Shown here: positions 13,901 to 25,759 of the stretch, piece by piece
Position numbering within the stretch: the first letter of the stretch is position 1
Layout of the letters: each line of letters begins with the position of its first letter
NCBI GenBank assembly: GCA_030248215.1
Contig: JASANG010004046.1
Location: forward strand, 124,001-188,000
DNA: 64,000 bases
From: Enoplolaimus lenunculus
Taxonomy: Eukaryota
Reading direction: 5' to 3'
Notes under the pieces: model-generated
Told to the model about the DNA's origin: nothing
The model's database searches: none
What the model saw: the letters and a program-made list of their open reading frames with translations, nothing else
Translations under genes and position numbers: made by a program

Positions 13901-16900
13901 AGCAATTCGTGAACTTCAAGATCAAATAGAGCATTTAAATGCAGAAACTGAACGCGTCAAAGAAATGTGCGGACGTGAAGCGGATAACGCAGCAAACGAA
14001 GCTGATCGCTCGCAGACAATCATTAAAAATTACGAACAGGTAAATTTTCTTTAACTCCTTCCCACACAGAGTGCACTAATGAGTAACTCAGCGTAAATTG
14101 TTGTAGAGTTTAACAGTTACTGTTGCGCTATAGTATATAGTATACTGTGCCCGATACCGCCGCATGTCATCACACGCCACCGCAGACCGCTATACGTTGC
14201 TAACAAGCATAGGCAAAATCAAATCGAGTGGAAATTTTAATAAGAATATGATCGAGCCGATCCGCGGAGTCCAGCGGCGCGCGACGAGTATAACGCAACC
14301 CTTATTCCAGGCATGTGCACTAAATATATACGTATGTCAACGTTGACAAGATATCAAAGCCCATTTGAGCTCGAGTGTCAAATTTCTATAGCTGAGTAGT
14401 GATGGCAAACGCGTTCCACCAGACAGGTTGCGATGCGATACGACTCCTGGCTTGAAATTCGATTTCATATATATGAAATAAATATCCATGTGAGAAAGTG
14501 TTTATGGTTGCATTTATATGAACGAGGGTACGTAAGGCCATAGACAATATCCTTTTGCTTTGAGAGAAGCCGTACAAATTACATAACAAGTATATACGTT
14601 TGGTATCCTTCTATAATCTTAGGTTCATTGCCCTCTTAAGCAACGTTCCGGGGGGGGAGCGAACAATGGAACGGGTAGGGCATGTTGACATAGAGCCAGC
14701 TACTCTTTAACTGGTAGGTTTAACACATTTTTCGCGCTTGATTTGTTAGAATTTTGTGCAGATTTCTCACACTGTCGTTTCTGTCATTTTTCTGCTTATA
14801 ATTGAAATCGTATTACTAACTGATGATAGGCGCTACTGCAGTTCACAATACGGCTTAAAGGTATTCGATTCAGTAAACTTGTGGGACCATACTAGTCATA
14901 AGAACACGCTCACTGTGTCTAGACCTAAACCTACGCCTAAGCGTAAGTCTAAACACAAGCATAATTCTAATTTAAAGCCTGTAAAAACCAAAGCCTAAGC
15001 CTAATATTTCTATTCCTTCTGTCCACCAGTTGTCTTATTTCTTGGGCAGGCCATAATAATTAATATGGGCCCAGTTGTGTATTCCTTGCTGGCAGATCGA
15101 TTTTAACATTTTGTACAATTTTTGTTTCAGATCTGTGTTGCTTTAAACAAACGACTTGAAGATCAAAAAACTTCGTTTGCCGAAGAAATTCAAAAAACTA
15201 CTGTAAGTCTTTTGAGCGGTGGCGGATTCGGAAAATTCTAACGGAGACCGAACATATGAAATTTACAAAAATGCGACACCCAAGGCAAAGTTTTTTAAAT
15301 ATAAACGGCAACGTAGAAATGCTTAAAAATCGTATCAAACCACCAGCGCAATTTTATATTATGTCTTAGCTAGTATAGGACCCGAAACGACCCATATGTT
15401 GGCGGCGCCCATTTGATAATTATCAGTGAGGCACATCAATTGCGGCCCAATTGTTATTTTGAGAGGCGAACCATTGTTTCGCGGGATTATAATAGAGTGC
15501 TTAAGCTTTAGTCTAATTTTTGCATTAGTTATAGGCTTATTTTGATGCTGAGACTTAGGTTTACGCATAGAAGTATGCCTATGCTACTGTTACGCTTCCC
15601 AAAAGTATTATTGACGTTAATTACAATGAAAATTACTAAGCTAACTAAAACTTAATGAGTTTTGACTGTGCTTTGTGCAGAGGCAAAAAATTTGATAAAT
15701 CCTCACTTGAAAGTGGAGCTACACTGCAAAAAATGGTGAGGAGTCAAATTGCCTCTCTCCGAAATAGGCTTTGTCTGACTACACAAACTGAGTCAAATTC
15801 GACTCACAGAGCGGTCGAATTTGACTCTGGTGGAGTCGAATTTGACTCAGTTTGTGTAGTCAGGAAAAGCCTATTTCGGAGAGAGTCAATTTGACCCTCG
15901 ATTTTTTACTGCGTAGGGATAAGAGGTTTATAACGATAATTTATATATTTCATTGCGCGACTCCAGTTTTTGGCAGTATTCAACGGTGAATCCAATAATT
16001 GCGCCCGGAAACGGAAAAAGCTTACTTGCGACTCGAGCATGAAGCCATACACAATTTTAGCGCTAAATAAAGTGCAAAATTTTGCTTTTGATCTCTGTTG
16101 GAGGGTGTAAAGTTGGATGGCCGTCGTTTGGATTTGCCAATGAGTTGCACCAAAACTGGATGATCTACAAGGTTGTGCAACTACCGAAATTTGTGTGGTA
16201 CAAAATGTACCATTGAGCGTTGCGTTTTTAGCCGACTTCGAACCCACTTGTAGGGGAGCGGGGTTCAGTTGCGACAACCCTAATAATAGCTTGTGGTTGT
16301 TGCTTTAGGAGAGGTTTAAACAATGTGACAAATGCTCAAAATCCATGTCAAGCGCCGATGGAGCGGAATCTGGCAACTCTGAAACGAAACAAACCAAAAT
16401 TGACGAGTTGAATCTTACAGAAACGGTTAATTACTGATCTTTTTCAAAGTTGTGAAACTGTTGAAAATTGGTTATAAATAACACGTTTTACTAGTAGCAA
16501 GTACATAGCTACCGATCTGCAGCCAACCTAAACCAACATGTAGCAAATTGCCTGAAAATTCATAGAACGCATGCCGAGAAGCGATTATTTATGCTGCAGT
16601 CCGAGTAGATGCAAAATAGTAGCTGCATAAAAGTGTTGTTAATGATGGTGCCAAAGCGGTCTGCAGACAATACCAGATACTTTCAGGCAAACGACCCCGG
16701 TGTTTTCGATTAGGCTTGGTTTTGAAAATATGTTAAAATTTCACAAATTTCTTGAGTGGTTCAAAAATGGCAAACTCTACAGTAGAAAGAAACTGCTGAA
16801 AAGGGGCGGTGTGATTAGAAATAGTGAAAAATAATCGAGAGCGAGGAACCAACGGCAATTTTAGTTATAAAAGTTAATACGACATTTTAGGTTTTGATCC

Positions 16901-17602
16901 CTGTTGAGGGGCATAGTTTTTTGGGTGCGGGTATGTAGTCATAGGAAGTCAATGGACGATTGCATTCCTTAGAAAAATCTTGTCACCAAAATGGGTCAAC
17001 CTAACTTATAAGTCATCGGAAACGCTTGCATACTCCTCCTTAAAACTTTTTAATCAAGGTTAGCTGGCTAAGGGCTTGTTTGGTGATGCGCTTTGGATCC
17101 ACCAGTCCACTATTAGTAATATATATGTAGCGAATCATAATTAGCTATGTACACTGTAAAAAATTGTGAGTCAAATTGACTCTCTCTGAAATAGGCTCTA
17201 CGGGACTACACAAACTGAGTCAAATTCGACTCCCCCAGAGTCCAACGTGCGACGCAGAGATTAGAATTTCACTCTGGCGGAGTCGAATTTGACTCAGTTA
17301 TTTCAGAGAGTCATTTGACTCACCATTTTTTGCAGTGTAATTACAACTGTGTTGTGTTTCAGATTTCAAATCAACAGTCACACATTCAACGCTTAGAACT
17401 CGAACTGGCTCATGCGAAGCTGGTTCTTGTTGAAACACAGTGTCAAGCGCAAGACATCAAAGAACAAATTGCCACTGTACAACAAGAAAGTCAATATTTT
17501 GTGCCTTCTTCGCCAACGAACACAGCAAACGCATGGTTCCGACGTACAAAATCGTATATTAAAGAAGCCGCCGGGCGTATTTCACAATCTCCAACTTTTT
17601 AA
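4908..17602 (+). CDS. RABGAP1: Rab GTPase-activating protein 1-like (TBC domain plus C-terminal coiled coil), spliced, about 760 aa
   Basis: Exons: 4908-5738, 6546-6659, 6972-7046, 7549-7674, 9442-9585, 10516-10557, 10744-10872, 11235-11327, 12032-12142, 13851-14039, 15131-15202, 16309-16425, 17363-17602. The frame is continuous. TBC motifs: GIPDPVRGEVWQLLAG, ILRDIYRTFPAH (Arg finger), [26 protein letters not shown] (Gln finger), MFASQWFLTLFTAKFPL. RABGAP1-type segments: DEAPLSGCG..ECS..LL.QWG, SFEDSLKYFRITLPKRYR, LELELAHAKLVLVETQC. The start is tentative: there is an acceptor at 4852 and the frame is open upstream of ATG 4908. Confidence 0.92.
6130..6335. mobile_element. Telomere-motif MITE family B (TTAGGC arm followed by GCCTAA arm)
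   Basis: Ends CATGTACACTTTCGCCCA and TGGGGGAAGTGTATATA are approximately inverted. Related ends occur near 20767, 30540, 45590, 55200, 56870-57020 and 63700. Confidence 0.6.
8127..8917. mobile_element. TIR element with an internal ~155-bp tandem array (about 4.5 units)
   Basis: Terminal inverted repeat TTATTGAGCGAAGC / GCTTCGCTCAATAA. Units begin AATTAAGCTAATATGCAAATTAG at about 8157, 8310, 8465 and 8640. Confidence 0.8.
11628..11857. mobile_element. Palindromic (foldback) MITE
   Basis: Arms of about 85 bp: ATGCATCGTTCACA...TAGGGTTAACACGTG...TTCAAAATTGTCA versus TGACATTTTGAA...CACGTGTTAACCCTA...TGTGAATGATGCAT. Confidence 0.75.
12603..12754. mobile_element. TTAGGC-core MITE (family A)
   Basis: GGCCGATGTATAGAACAAGGCCG...CCTAAGCCTAAACCTAA...TATATGGCC, flanked by GGAAACTT / AGAAACTT (8-bp target duplication with one mismatch). 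Confidence 0.75.
13614..13820 (+). mobile_element. tRNA-derived SINE-like element (a second, more degenerate copy lies at about 14386-14510)
   Basis: A-box-like TAGCTGAGTGG, B-box GTTCGAATCC and no clean cloverleaf. The head and the downstream CATGTGAGAAAG are shared with the copy at 14386. Confidence 0.55.
15722..15912. mobile_element. Palindromic GAGTC/GACTC-rich MITE with TA flanks
   Basis: TA-CACTGCAAAAAATGGTGAG...ACTACACAAACTGAGTCAAATTCGACTC / GAGTCGAATTTGACTCAGTTTGTGTAGT...-TA. Other copies at 17152-17337, ~27155-27258 and ~27362-27551. Confidence 0.85.
17152..17337. mobile_element. Palindromic GAGTC/GACTC MITE copy
   Basis: TA-CACTGTAAAAATTGTGAGTCAAAT...ATTTGACTCACCATTTTTTGCAGTG-TA. 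Confidence 0.85.
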
Positions 17603-17741
17603 ATAATTCAACTTGTAAAAGATATTGTTTTTTAAACTTAGATCGAAATTTTAAAGGTTATAGCACTTGCGGCGCCTGTTACTTATAATGGCATGTCCAT
17701 TGGAGGACAGGGAGACGGTGGACTTACAACCTGGAAAGCTT

Positions 17742-17893
17742 GGGGTTGCGCTATATTTGTTGTGCGGCGCCGCTCGTCAAAAGTGATTGTTCACAAATTG
17801 ATATACTGTGCCATGTGGCAATACACGCTCGTTGCAGTACGGTGCCCAACGATGCTGTACGCCATTAAAGTAGTCAAAAAATATAGCGCCACC
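17742..17893. mobile_element. GGGTTGCGCTATA-family (Harbinger/Tourist-like) MITE in the RABGAP1 3' region
   Basis: GGGTTGCGCTATATTT...AAATATAGCGCCACC. Relatives at ~6685-6850, ~9114-9290, ~14122-14302, ~20900, ~30400-30488, ~31867-32028 and 52187-53373. Confidence 0.7.
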
Positions 17894-18497
17894 TTAATAC
17901 GCTTAGGCTTAGGGTGTTACCTGTGACCATGTTTACAAAGTCATTTATTAAAAATTTAGGTTCTAGCTCACTATGTTGTTCAAATCAAAAGTTTTAAACA
18001 CTTTTTCTAGTTTTTAAAACAAGTTACATCCCTTTGAATTCATTATGGAACGTAACTCATCCACACTTGAACTTTTCCAAAATCTTAACAATGTACATGT
18101 TTGCCAGCAATTTAAAGCTGTGATCTATATTATATATATACATATATACAAATATATATACATATATGTATGTATATATGTGTATGCCTGTACTTATAGC
18201 ATATTTCCGTGAATTATTTTATTCAAGTAATTGCAAAAATAAAGAACGTGCACTCGGTGCAGGCTGATTGTAAGGATTTCGTGCCAAAATTGTTCTATAT
18301 TTAATCATTTTAGTGGTTATGTTTTAGGCTATTCCTAAGGTTTACCCTAAAGTCTAAGGTCTAAGTCTTAGAATGAGCTTATATCTAAGCCTAAGCATAA
18401 GCAATTAAACTAGTCTAAAGCTCCTGATCTTGGGCCGACTTTGGTATAAGCTTAGGCTCTGACTTCGACGTAGGGCAAAAGAACAAGTCACCAATAC

Positions 18498-19471
18498 TTA
18501 TTCGTACCGCTCATAGCTATCATAACTTGATATCAGAGGTTCTTCGCTTGATTGCTGCCCAATAACGGTGGGTTCCGGAGTGGTCCACCTTGCAAACTTC
18601 CTAGCGCTCCCAATCTGTCGTCCGCGTAGTCCTTTATTATTTTCTCGTGACCGTCCGTGATGTGTGCCTCCAATTCTGGTCAGTCTTTGACCACTGGTCG
18701 CTTCGATTGAAGAATCTTTTCTTTCATTCGATGCGCTCTCGGATGGTTCAGTGTATTCTTGAGAATTTTGAGATTTGTGGTCGGGACTTGGCTTTTGAGA
18801 ACCGTTAGAATTTCCCGCAGTTGTTTCAGTGGTAGGCGATGGTCTTTTGTTTGAATGTGGCAAAACTGAGTCGACAATTTTTGGGATGGCAGCACTAAGC
18901 GAATGCTCGGGGAGCCCAATTGTGCGCTCAACCCGACTCAGTGCATCTTCACTCGTGAGAACTCGCAAAAAATTGAGTACAGCAGCGTTTTTGTCGCGCG
19001 GGCGTTTTTTAAACCCTTTGAACAATTTGACACCGCTGAAAAGATTTGATATTCCTAGTTTGTCTTGGCCTTGGACTTGAGCGATCTGCGATGGGTTAAT
19101 CAAGCTAAGGCCAGTTAGAACCGAGTTGCTGGTGCCAAATAGACTGTTTCTATTATTGTTTGAACCACGTTGTCGACCTGAAGATTTTGAAAGTTTTAGA
19201 TTTAGGAAAATTAGTAGTATTGGCTCAAGCCGTCAGCTTGGATCTTGACCTGCGTCTGTGCATGAGCCTAAAAGCTGTGAAAGGCTAACGTTTGCGATTT
19301 TGTGCGGGACCTGTTCTCTACATACAGAACGTAGCAGGGAATCAATTTTGAATAATTGTGTGATGATCATTCTGGCCCGTTTAAAGGGTTGTATATATAC
19401 TCACGAACCAGAGAATACTTTAAAATAGAAGGGTGATTATGTCGGAATAAGACGTTCAGTAACAAGATCAT
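18498..19471 (-). CDS. Hypothetical two-exon protein, about 248 aa, S/N/Q/R-rich, no recognised domain
   Basis: Exon 1 is 19471-19405 (ATG ATC TTG...GTT C|GTGAGT) and exon 2 is 19177-18498 (TCTTCAG|GT CGA CAA...TAA). Phases match (1/1) and exon 2 is 680 nt with no stop. A minus-strand AATAAA lies at 18218-18223. Exon 1 is less certain than exon 2. Confidence 0.6.
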
Positions 19472-20094
19472 TCACATCTGTCACATTCTCTACAAATCCT
19501 TTTTCAGTAGCGGAACGTTTTTCTTTGGGACTACAATTGAGTAAAGCTTAAGCGTTAGGCTAATTTTTATGCTTTAGGCTTAGAATTTGGAATGTGCTTA
19601 TACTACTGCTACGGCTCTGTTGGCAAAATTTGCAACGCCGATTTCCAACTACGGTTTTTAAAAATCATGGTAGTGGAAAATTGGGATATTTAAAATTGCC
19701 CGTATGGCAAATTGAGTTATAAGAACCGTATACGGATATGGACTAAGTATTTTGATTTCAGGTAAACGGACGACCGTAATTGAGTTCAAACTTCCTTTTT
19801 GACAATAAATAAAAATGACGGCTGTGGGAAATTGGATTTTCACCAAAATCGGAAATGCGAGCGGTAGGTTTCACCTCATCAATTCACCACTCGGTGTTTT
19901 ACATTTTGTAGAAGTGGACAATTGGAATAAAAAACCCAATTCCCAGCTGCTAAGATTTTTAAAATCCGTAGTTAATTGGCGTTGCAAGTTTAATTACAGC
20001 GGGCACTAAAGTGGATGATGCATTAAATTTTGACCTTCGTATTTATTTCATTGTTCGAAATAAAATCCGCAAAATCAGTTTGGGAAGGGGGGTT

Positions 20095-20382
20095 AACAGC
20101 AGATCTGTTGGTTCTAACAGCAGATAAGATAGTTCCAACAGCAGATCTGTCGGTTCTAACAGCAGATCAGCCAATTCTAACAGCAGATCTGTCGGTTCTA
20201 ACAGCAGATCGGTCTGTTCTAACAACCGATCTGTTGGTGATAACAGCAGACCTGTCGGTTATAAAAGCAGATCTGCCGGTTCTAACAGCAGATCTGTCGA
20301 TTCTAACCGCAGACTTGCCAGTTGTAACAGCAAATCTGCTGGTTTTAAACAGCAGATCTGCTGGTTTTAAACAGCAGATCTG
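20095..20382. repeat. 21-bp minisatellite, about 13-14 degenerate copies
   Basis: Consensus AACAGCAGATCTGTCGGTTCT. Confidence 0.92.
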
Positions 20383-21029
20383 CTTAATTTGCTATGACGT
20401 TCGGAAAAAATATTCACCTGATGCAAATGTTGGCTTGCCAACGCACACAGAACAAAAAGTTTGACAGAATACCGATAAGACGAATAGGTTCAAGTAAACA
20501 TCAGCTGAGTAAGCCATTTTAATAATAAACAAAATAAAAGTAAATAACTTTCTCGTAGGCGAGGTGTGACAAAAAAGCAGTTTTCGTATCTATTAAAACT
20601 CGATAATATTCGTTAGTTTCGTAAAGAAATGTAAATTTCTTTATGAATTTTAAACTTTTATATATCGAGAAAGTACGTCCGTCAATTTTTCGCACAACTA
20701 AAGCAACAAACATTGAAATTAGCTTAATATGTACACTCATTCATGTGCACTATACGTATATGCATGCTCTTGTACGCTTCCGCCCACTTTAAGGTAAAGG
20801 CTTAGCCGTAATAGGCTTAAGTTTAAAGGCGCAGACAACGGTTTAAGTTTAGGCTTCGTTTAAGCCTTTTCTGAAACCTGCGCCAAAGTCTAACCGTATG
20901 GGCTGCGCTATACATTACTCCACGTACCGCCGGATGCCGCCGCCCGTTGCTATACGAAGCTAACAAAAACATTGGCAAAATATAATATATTTAATGGTGT
21001 GCGACAATTTTAAATAAACTTTTATCGAA

Positions 21030-21155
21030 TGACAAAATATTGCTATTTTTGAAATATAACGTTGAATATTTGTTGTTTTAAAAGGAAATAACAAACGACA
21101 AAATATTGCTATTTTTGAAATATAACGGTGAATATTTATTGTTTTAAAAGGAAAT
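21030..21155. repeat. Short direct duplication with a 68-bp period
   Basis: GACAAAATATTGCTATTTTTGAAATATAACG.TGAATATTT.TTGTTTTAAAAGGAAAT occurs twice. Confidence 0.85.
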
Positions 21156-22610
21156 CATAGAGACACGGTAGTGTCACTATTATATGTTTCTTCCAAAAGT
21201 GTTCACGTCTCTCTTATGTTTCTATCAAAAGTCTATTATTTCTACTATTCTCTTTTGGTGGTATTTATATACAAACGCATGTCATTCAAGATCATGGCAA
21301 CCGGTGTTCATGCGCAATATTTAAAGAAAAAATTGTCGAAATATTAAACGTAAACGTTTTCATAAGAATCGGAAGCGCAAAGTTTCGCCTTCGTATTTGG
21401 ATTCAAATCTTGTCGCAAGGTGTTGTACAGAATCGTAGATTGTAACAATCCAATTTTTTGTGTGCTACATAAGTTATCTCAACCATATACGTTAAGCTAT
21501 TTATTTAACGAAAATGCTATTGTTTAGTACGTATTTATGCGAAACATGTTAAGTGGACAATTACGAAAAACATTAGCTTATATATGATTACAAATTAGTA
21601 ACATAGCTAGTTTTTTATGTGTATTTTTTACCAACGCGCAGATTTTACATTCGCCTGGGTTTTTTTCTAAACCTAGATTTACATTTAAGCTCAAAGTTTA
21701 TTCGTAAAGTACAGATATCAGTTTTGATTTACTGCTCGATGTATTATTGGTAGCACCAAGTTGAGCACTGAAATGTCCAAAACTCGGTTTAGAATATTTG
21801 AAGAAATTTTGACCTGCAAAATTAACCCCATTAATTTAATAAGGTTCCTAAAGCAAGCCGTCTCTTTCAAAAACGTGACGCTCGAACACAGCGGGCTCTC
21901 ATTATGGTATGAACCGGCCCGGATTTTTCAGGCCCAGGCCCGGTTGCCTTAGTTTTTCGTTTTCAAAAAGAAAACAAGAATAAGTTACAAAGCAAACCTT
22001 ATAGTTGCGGATTCGCAGTTTTGACTGGGGATGGAATTGCATTATTCGAATTTCCTGTACAATTTAGAGGAAACGAACAAAAGTGTGTTTCAAACAATTT
22101 TCCACGTCCGCATGTTGATGCAAATGCGTATTCAGCACGTTTCACATAATATCTGTTGCAGCCATATTTTTAAATACTGCGCTTTCCAATTATATATTTA
22201 ACTCAATTCATGTGTGAAATACAAAATGGAAAGTATCGAAATCAGTATTCTTCTAAAATACCGATTACAATACCGATACGGATGTTTGGTTCTACACTAC
22301 TATGCAGCATAAAATCTGTTTTCACTAGAGCAAGTACTTATCAATTGTATTGATTTTCTATCTGAATTCAAACAATTTATACGAATTATAATATATTAGC
22401 ATTATAAATTGATCGAGTTGCCTAATAAATAAAAATGAAATTAGGAAAGCGCGGCTTTTGTGATTGTGAAAATGTAGTTTTTAATTTTCATGGAAATATA
22501 GCTTAACAGTTCTAAAGCAATTATAACGTGAGTACCTATAACTTAAAATTTGAATATTTTCACACTTAAGGTAAATTTACATCAAATTTCTTCATAAAGT
22601 TTAGTAACTA

Positions 22611-23684
22611 GAATGAAAAGTGCCCCGATGTGGTCATAGAAAAAGATATGTTTCGGGTATTGTAAGATTTTTAGTTGAATACCACTTGTATTACAATTTC
22701 CATGCATGCGTATAAAGTTTTAAAACTAGATTAATTTGATGCCAATCAGCGTCCTCCCGAAACATGACACAACAATACTATAGAATTAATAAAAGTTAAA
22801 TCATTCAGTTTGATTGACTGCGTAACGAAAACATGTCTGCAACGTTCTATGACAGCGGCCAAATAGACATATTTTCGGATCTAGCCATTTTTCAGCTGCG
22901 CTCACCGCCACATACGGTTAAATTTTAATCCACTGTTTCGAAATATTAAAATAAGAAATAAATACTAATATTGTGTTTTAAAAATAGTATATAAATAGTA
23001 ATTAAGCGTAGAATGCTGATGACCCAATAATAAAAACGTGTTTGTTCGTCATTGGGTCAATGCAAACAACAGGAACGGATCAGTATTATAAGCATATTCC
23101 TAATCCTAAGCCTAAGCCTAAGAGTAAGAATGAGCATAATCCTAAGCCTAAGCCAAACAAAAAATTAGTCAAAACTTCTATTCTATTCTAGTCCCACAGA
23201 AAAACGTTCCGCCCCTGATCGTTACATGGGCGGTCAATTGCAATACAACGCAGATTTCGTCAGCAAAGTTGCAAATGTTTCGTTACGTAATCACCCAAAT
23301 ATTTTAATGTTTTAAAAGTTTGCTAAAATCTGGGTACCGTTTAGCCAAGTATGGAAAAAGGGCAATGTGCGGTACAAAATATAAGCTCCAAAATTGATGG
23401 GTTACCGTTTCTAGCCTCATCGAGCACGTTGCATTGTGACTTTTCTCTGATAAATGTGCGGACATGTTTTCGTTACGCAGACAATCAAACTGAATGATTT
23501 AACTTTTATTAATTCTATAGTATTGTTGTGTCATGTTTCGGGAGGACGCTGATTGGCATCAAAATCTAGTTTCAAAACTTTATACGCATACATGAAAATT
23601 GTAATACAACCGGTATTCAACTAAAAATCTTACAATACCCGAAACATATCTTTTTCTATGACCACATCGGGGCACTTTTCATTC
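22611..23684. mobile_element. Long-TIR (foldback) element: ~228-bp near-identical inverted arms around a ~620-bp spacer
   Basis: 22611-22840 (GAATGAAAAGTGCCCCGATGTGG...CGAAAACATGTC) is the reverse complement of 23458-23684. A family A element is nested at about 23055-23231. Confidence 0.85.
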
Positions 23685-24229
23685 AAGTAACAAACGTATT
23701 CTAGTTAAGGATTTTAGAAAAAACGTCTCATATTTAAGAAACAGCTTTCAGTTTTGTCACTGAGACAATACTTTTCTGAATAAATTCAAAAATAGTTTTA
23801 CATGGGTAGTAAACTGTTAGCTACCGGTTGGCAAATGCTTTGGTTCGAACGTCAATTGCTGTTAAGAATTAATATCGTTTGCCAAGACAACTATAGTGCA
23901 ATGAAAACCGAATTTTAATTAATAAAGTTTTGGTGCACGGTGGAAATCGTTTTGCTGAAAAAATTAGCAGTTTCAACATCATTTCAACTGTTGTCATTTT
24001 GCTTCTCCTCCGGGTCTTTTTATGGTACGTCATGTATTACAACAAAGACTCGGAACATGTATATTTTTGAATTCATTCGCATACCGTTTCTGACCCGTGT
24101 GTTCTGTTTTATTCTATATTGGCGTCATGCAATTTTTCGATTTGAACAAAAATTTTGTAAGATTTATGATCGAACTATAAAACTTTTATCTTTTAGTTAT
24201 TTTTCATTCATGTTGAATATTAAGGATAT

Positions 24230-24554
24230 ATACCCCAAGAAAGTTAGTATAATTACAGCTTATCCGTTGACTTGCACGTTTATTTGTCTTGCATCTAAAG
24301 CTTGATACGATAATGCAAGGTATACTTAAAGATGTACTTTCAAAACTTAAGTATGTTTTAAAGTTTCGAATTCAACTTTATTTGGGCCATGAGTCATTTA
24401 TGCACAATTATGGATAATTTACATTTTTGGATTCTATTTGGAGTTTAGGGACTCTATCCACTTACTTACTCTTATTAGGGATATGGACTCCTATTGATTA
24501 AGACTCAAAGTGGGAACCCCTCTTACAACCCCCTCTTATTGGGTTACTACAGTA
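24230..24554. mobile_element. CTGTAGTGACCC-family MITE, partial, reverse orientation
   Basis: Ends CCCCTCTTATTGGGTTACTACAG-TA. The interior matches the reverse complement of 40063-40350. Confidence 0.7.
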
Positions 24555-25759
24555 TAAGTATATATAATATTATGTCTTAGATCAATCAGCAATTCTGGGC
24601 AAAAAGCTGTTTGTCCTTTTCCAAATAGCAATTGTAAGACGAAGCTACGCAACAGTGGTAAAACAACGCTGATACCAAATAATCAAATCTGATTTGTCTA
24701 CAACTTCAACATGAGTTTAGCCCAGTCCAAACTGCTTCTACGCTAGGCCAATTGCTTCATTGTCCAGAATAGCAGATCCACCTACGACATATTAATATGG
24801 ATTTGGTTCAAAAATCTAAAGGAAATGTTGCGAAATTTTTTATTTAATATCCACGTAAGTATTGGGCAACGGCCTAAAACAATTAATCTAGTTCTGACTG
24901 CTCCGTATTTTCTTCAACAGTCCTAGGGCTAAAATTTTACTGCAATTCATTGCAGCAGAATATTATGTTTCATGATGACATAATTAAACTTCGATCCCCT
25001 GTTAAAATTCGTATGACAATATTTTCAAAATTGTTTCATCAGTGTTAAAAATGTAGGACACTAGAACGTGTCTGACCTAGAACGCGAAAAACGGCGTCAA
25101 ACAAAATTTTGTAATTCTAAATTTTACAAGGCATGGTGCAAAATTCAGAGTACAAAAGATATTTAGTATGATTGTGGCTTCACGCGGTGCCAAATTAAAT
25201 TATTAATTAATTCGTTAAGTAATGTACAATTTCTATCGTTTAAACAGGGACACCATATGAGCTTAATTGGCTTGTGCACAATGCAACCATCGTATGATTT
25301 TTTAGGTGTTAAACCAAGCATGCTGTTGAAAATGACAAGTTTTTAAACTTGACTTGACTATCCTAATGCCCATTACTTTACCATGGTTCAGCATTCAGTC
25401 AGTCGTGCTCGTTTGTTATATCCGCGAAAATAACCATTTTCCTATTAAAAACGCCCTATTTCATCTGTAAATCTAAAGTTCAAAGTAGGATTTGAATACC
25501 GTTCGCCATCACCGATCCACTATAAAAAAGCTTTATGGTATTGTGAAGGTTTTGTAACTTCGTGTTTTGTTTACCATAAGAGTCAATTCACGCGCAAGCC
25601 TTAAGCCTTTTAGCTCTAGTCTAGCGATCGAATTAGACTTTACGACGTTGTTCGGTGCCTGTTTAGCAGGTATATACAGCTGCAACAGATTATAAGTAAC
25701 ATGTCATCTGCAACGCAGCCAATTTTAGCTCATTTTTTGCGTGTTAAAATTAAAACGTG

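Noticed and set aside
20030..20464. 144-aa ORF with TADLSVL repeats
   Set aside because: It is the translation of a 21-bp minisatellite, with no support as a gene.
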